NCBI GenBank assembly: GCA_973895155.1
Contig: OZ316892.1
Coordinates: 3,971,223 to 4,035,222 of the forward strand
Source of the DNA: Marsupella aquatica
Taxonomy: Eukaryota > Plantae > Marchantiophyta
Length of the DNA stretch: 64,000 bases
Direction of reading: 5' to 3'
Shown here: one piece after another, positions 63,704 to 64,000 of the stretch
Layout of the letters: every line of letters begins with the position of its first letter
How positions within the stretch are numbered: position 1 is the first letter of the stretch
The notes under the pieces: model-generated
Seen by the model: the letters and a program-made list of their open reading frames with translations, nothing else
Told to the model about the DNA's origin: nothing
Databases searched by the model: none
Translations under genes and position numbers: made by a program

Positions 63704-64000
63704 CTGAAATAGCTGATGAGAACACCATTACGAAATTCAGAGATGGAGCATTGCCTTTGCTCATTCAAGGACCATCTGGGCCAGAAACTGTTGGTAAGAT
63801 GTGCAATTTTGAGACTGGGAGCATCATTCATCAACTTCATTACCATTCCCTCAAGATGATAGAGTTAAGTAGACTCACTGAGTTTCACTTTACTTCAGTT
63901 CTAAACAAGAAGCGGACCCAGTTTCACAATGTAACAACCCGGAGACATGAATACAAAAAATCACAATTTTGGAATGATAGTAAATGGTGTGGCTTCAGAT

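Overview
Eukaryotic land-plant nuclear DNA (GT-AG introns, Ty1/copia element, plant gene families). The hydrolase-NB-ARC gene suggests a non-flowering plant such as a liverwort, but that is inference. Left to right: a candidate IDA-like secreted peptide ORF; a BPS1/BYPASS1-like gene; mTERF6; a 4-exon small gene missed by the ORF track; a 2OG-Fe(II) dioxygenase; a repeat-rich block with a full-length but crippled copia element (323-bp LTRs) and a separate solo LTR; a C2-type phospholipase D convergent with F-actin capping protein alpha; and a tandemly duplicated NLR-like locus at 45.6-64 kb. Copy A (54301-46189, minus, 7 exons, about 2,074 aa) encodes alpha/beta-hydrolase - NB-ARC - long ARM array - TPR and has one 1-bp deletion. 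Copy B keeps the hydrolase, has lost the NB-ARC by in-frame deletion, has a differently amplified ARM array, and has a decayed 3' end. Both hydrolases have Cys rather than Ser at the nucleophile elbow. All gene models and alignments were made by eye; no database searches were run.
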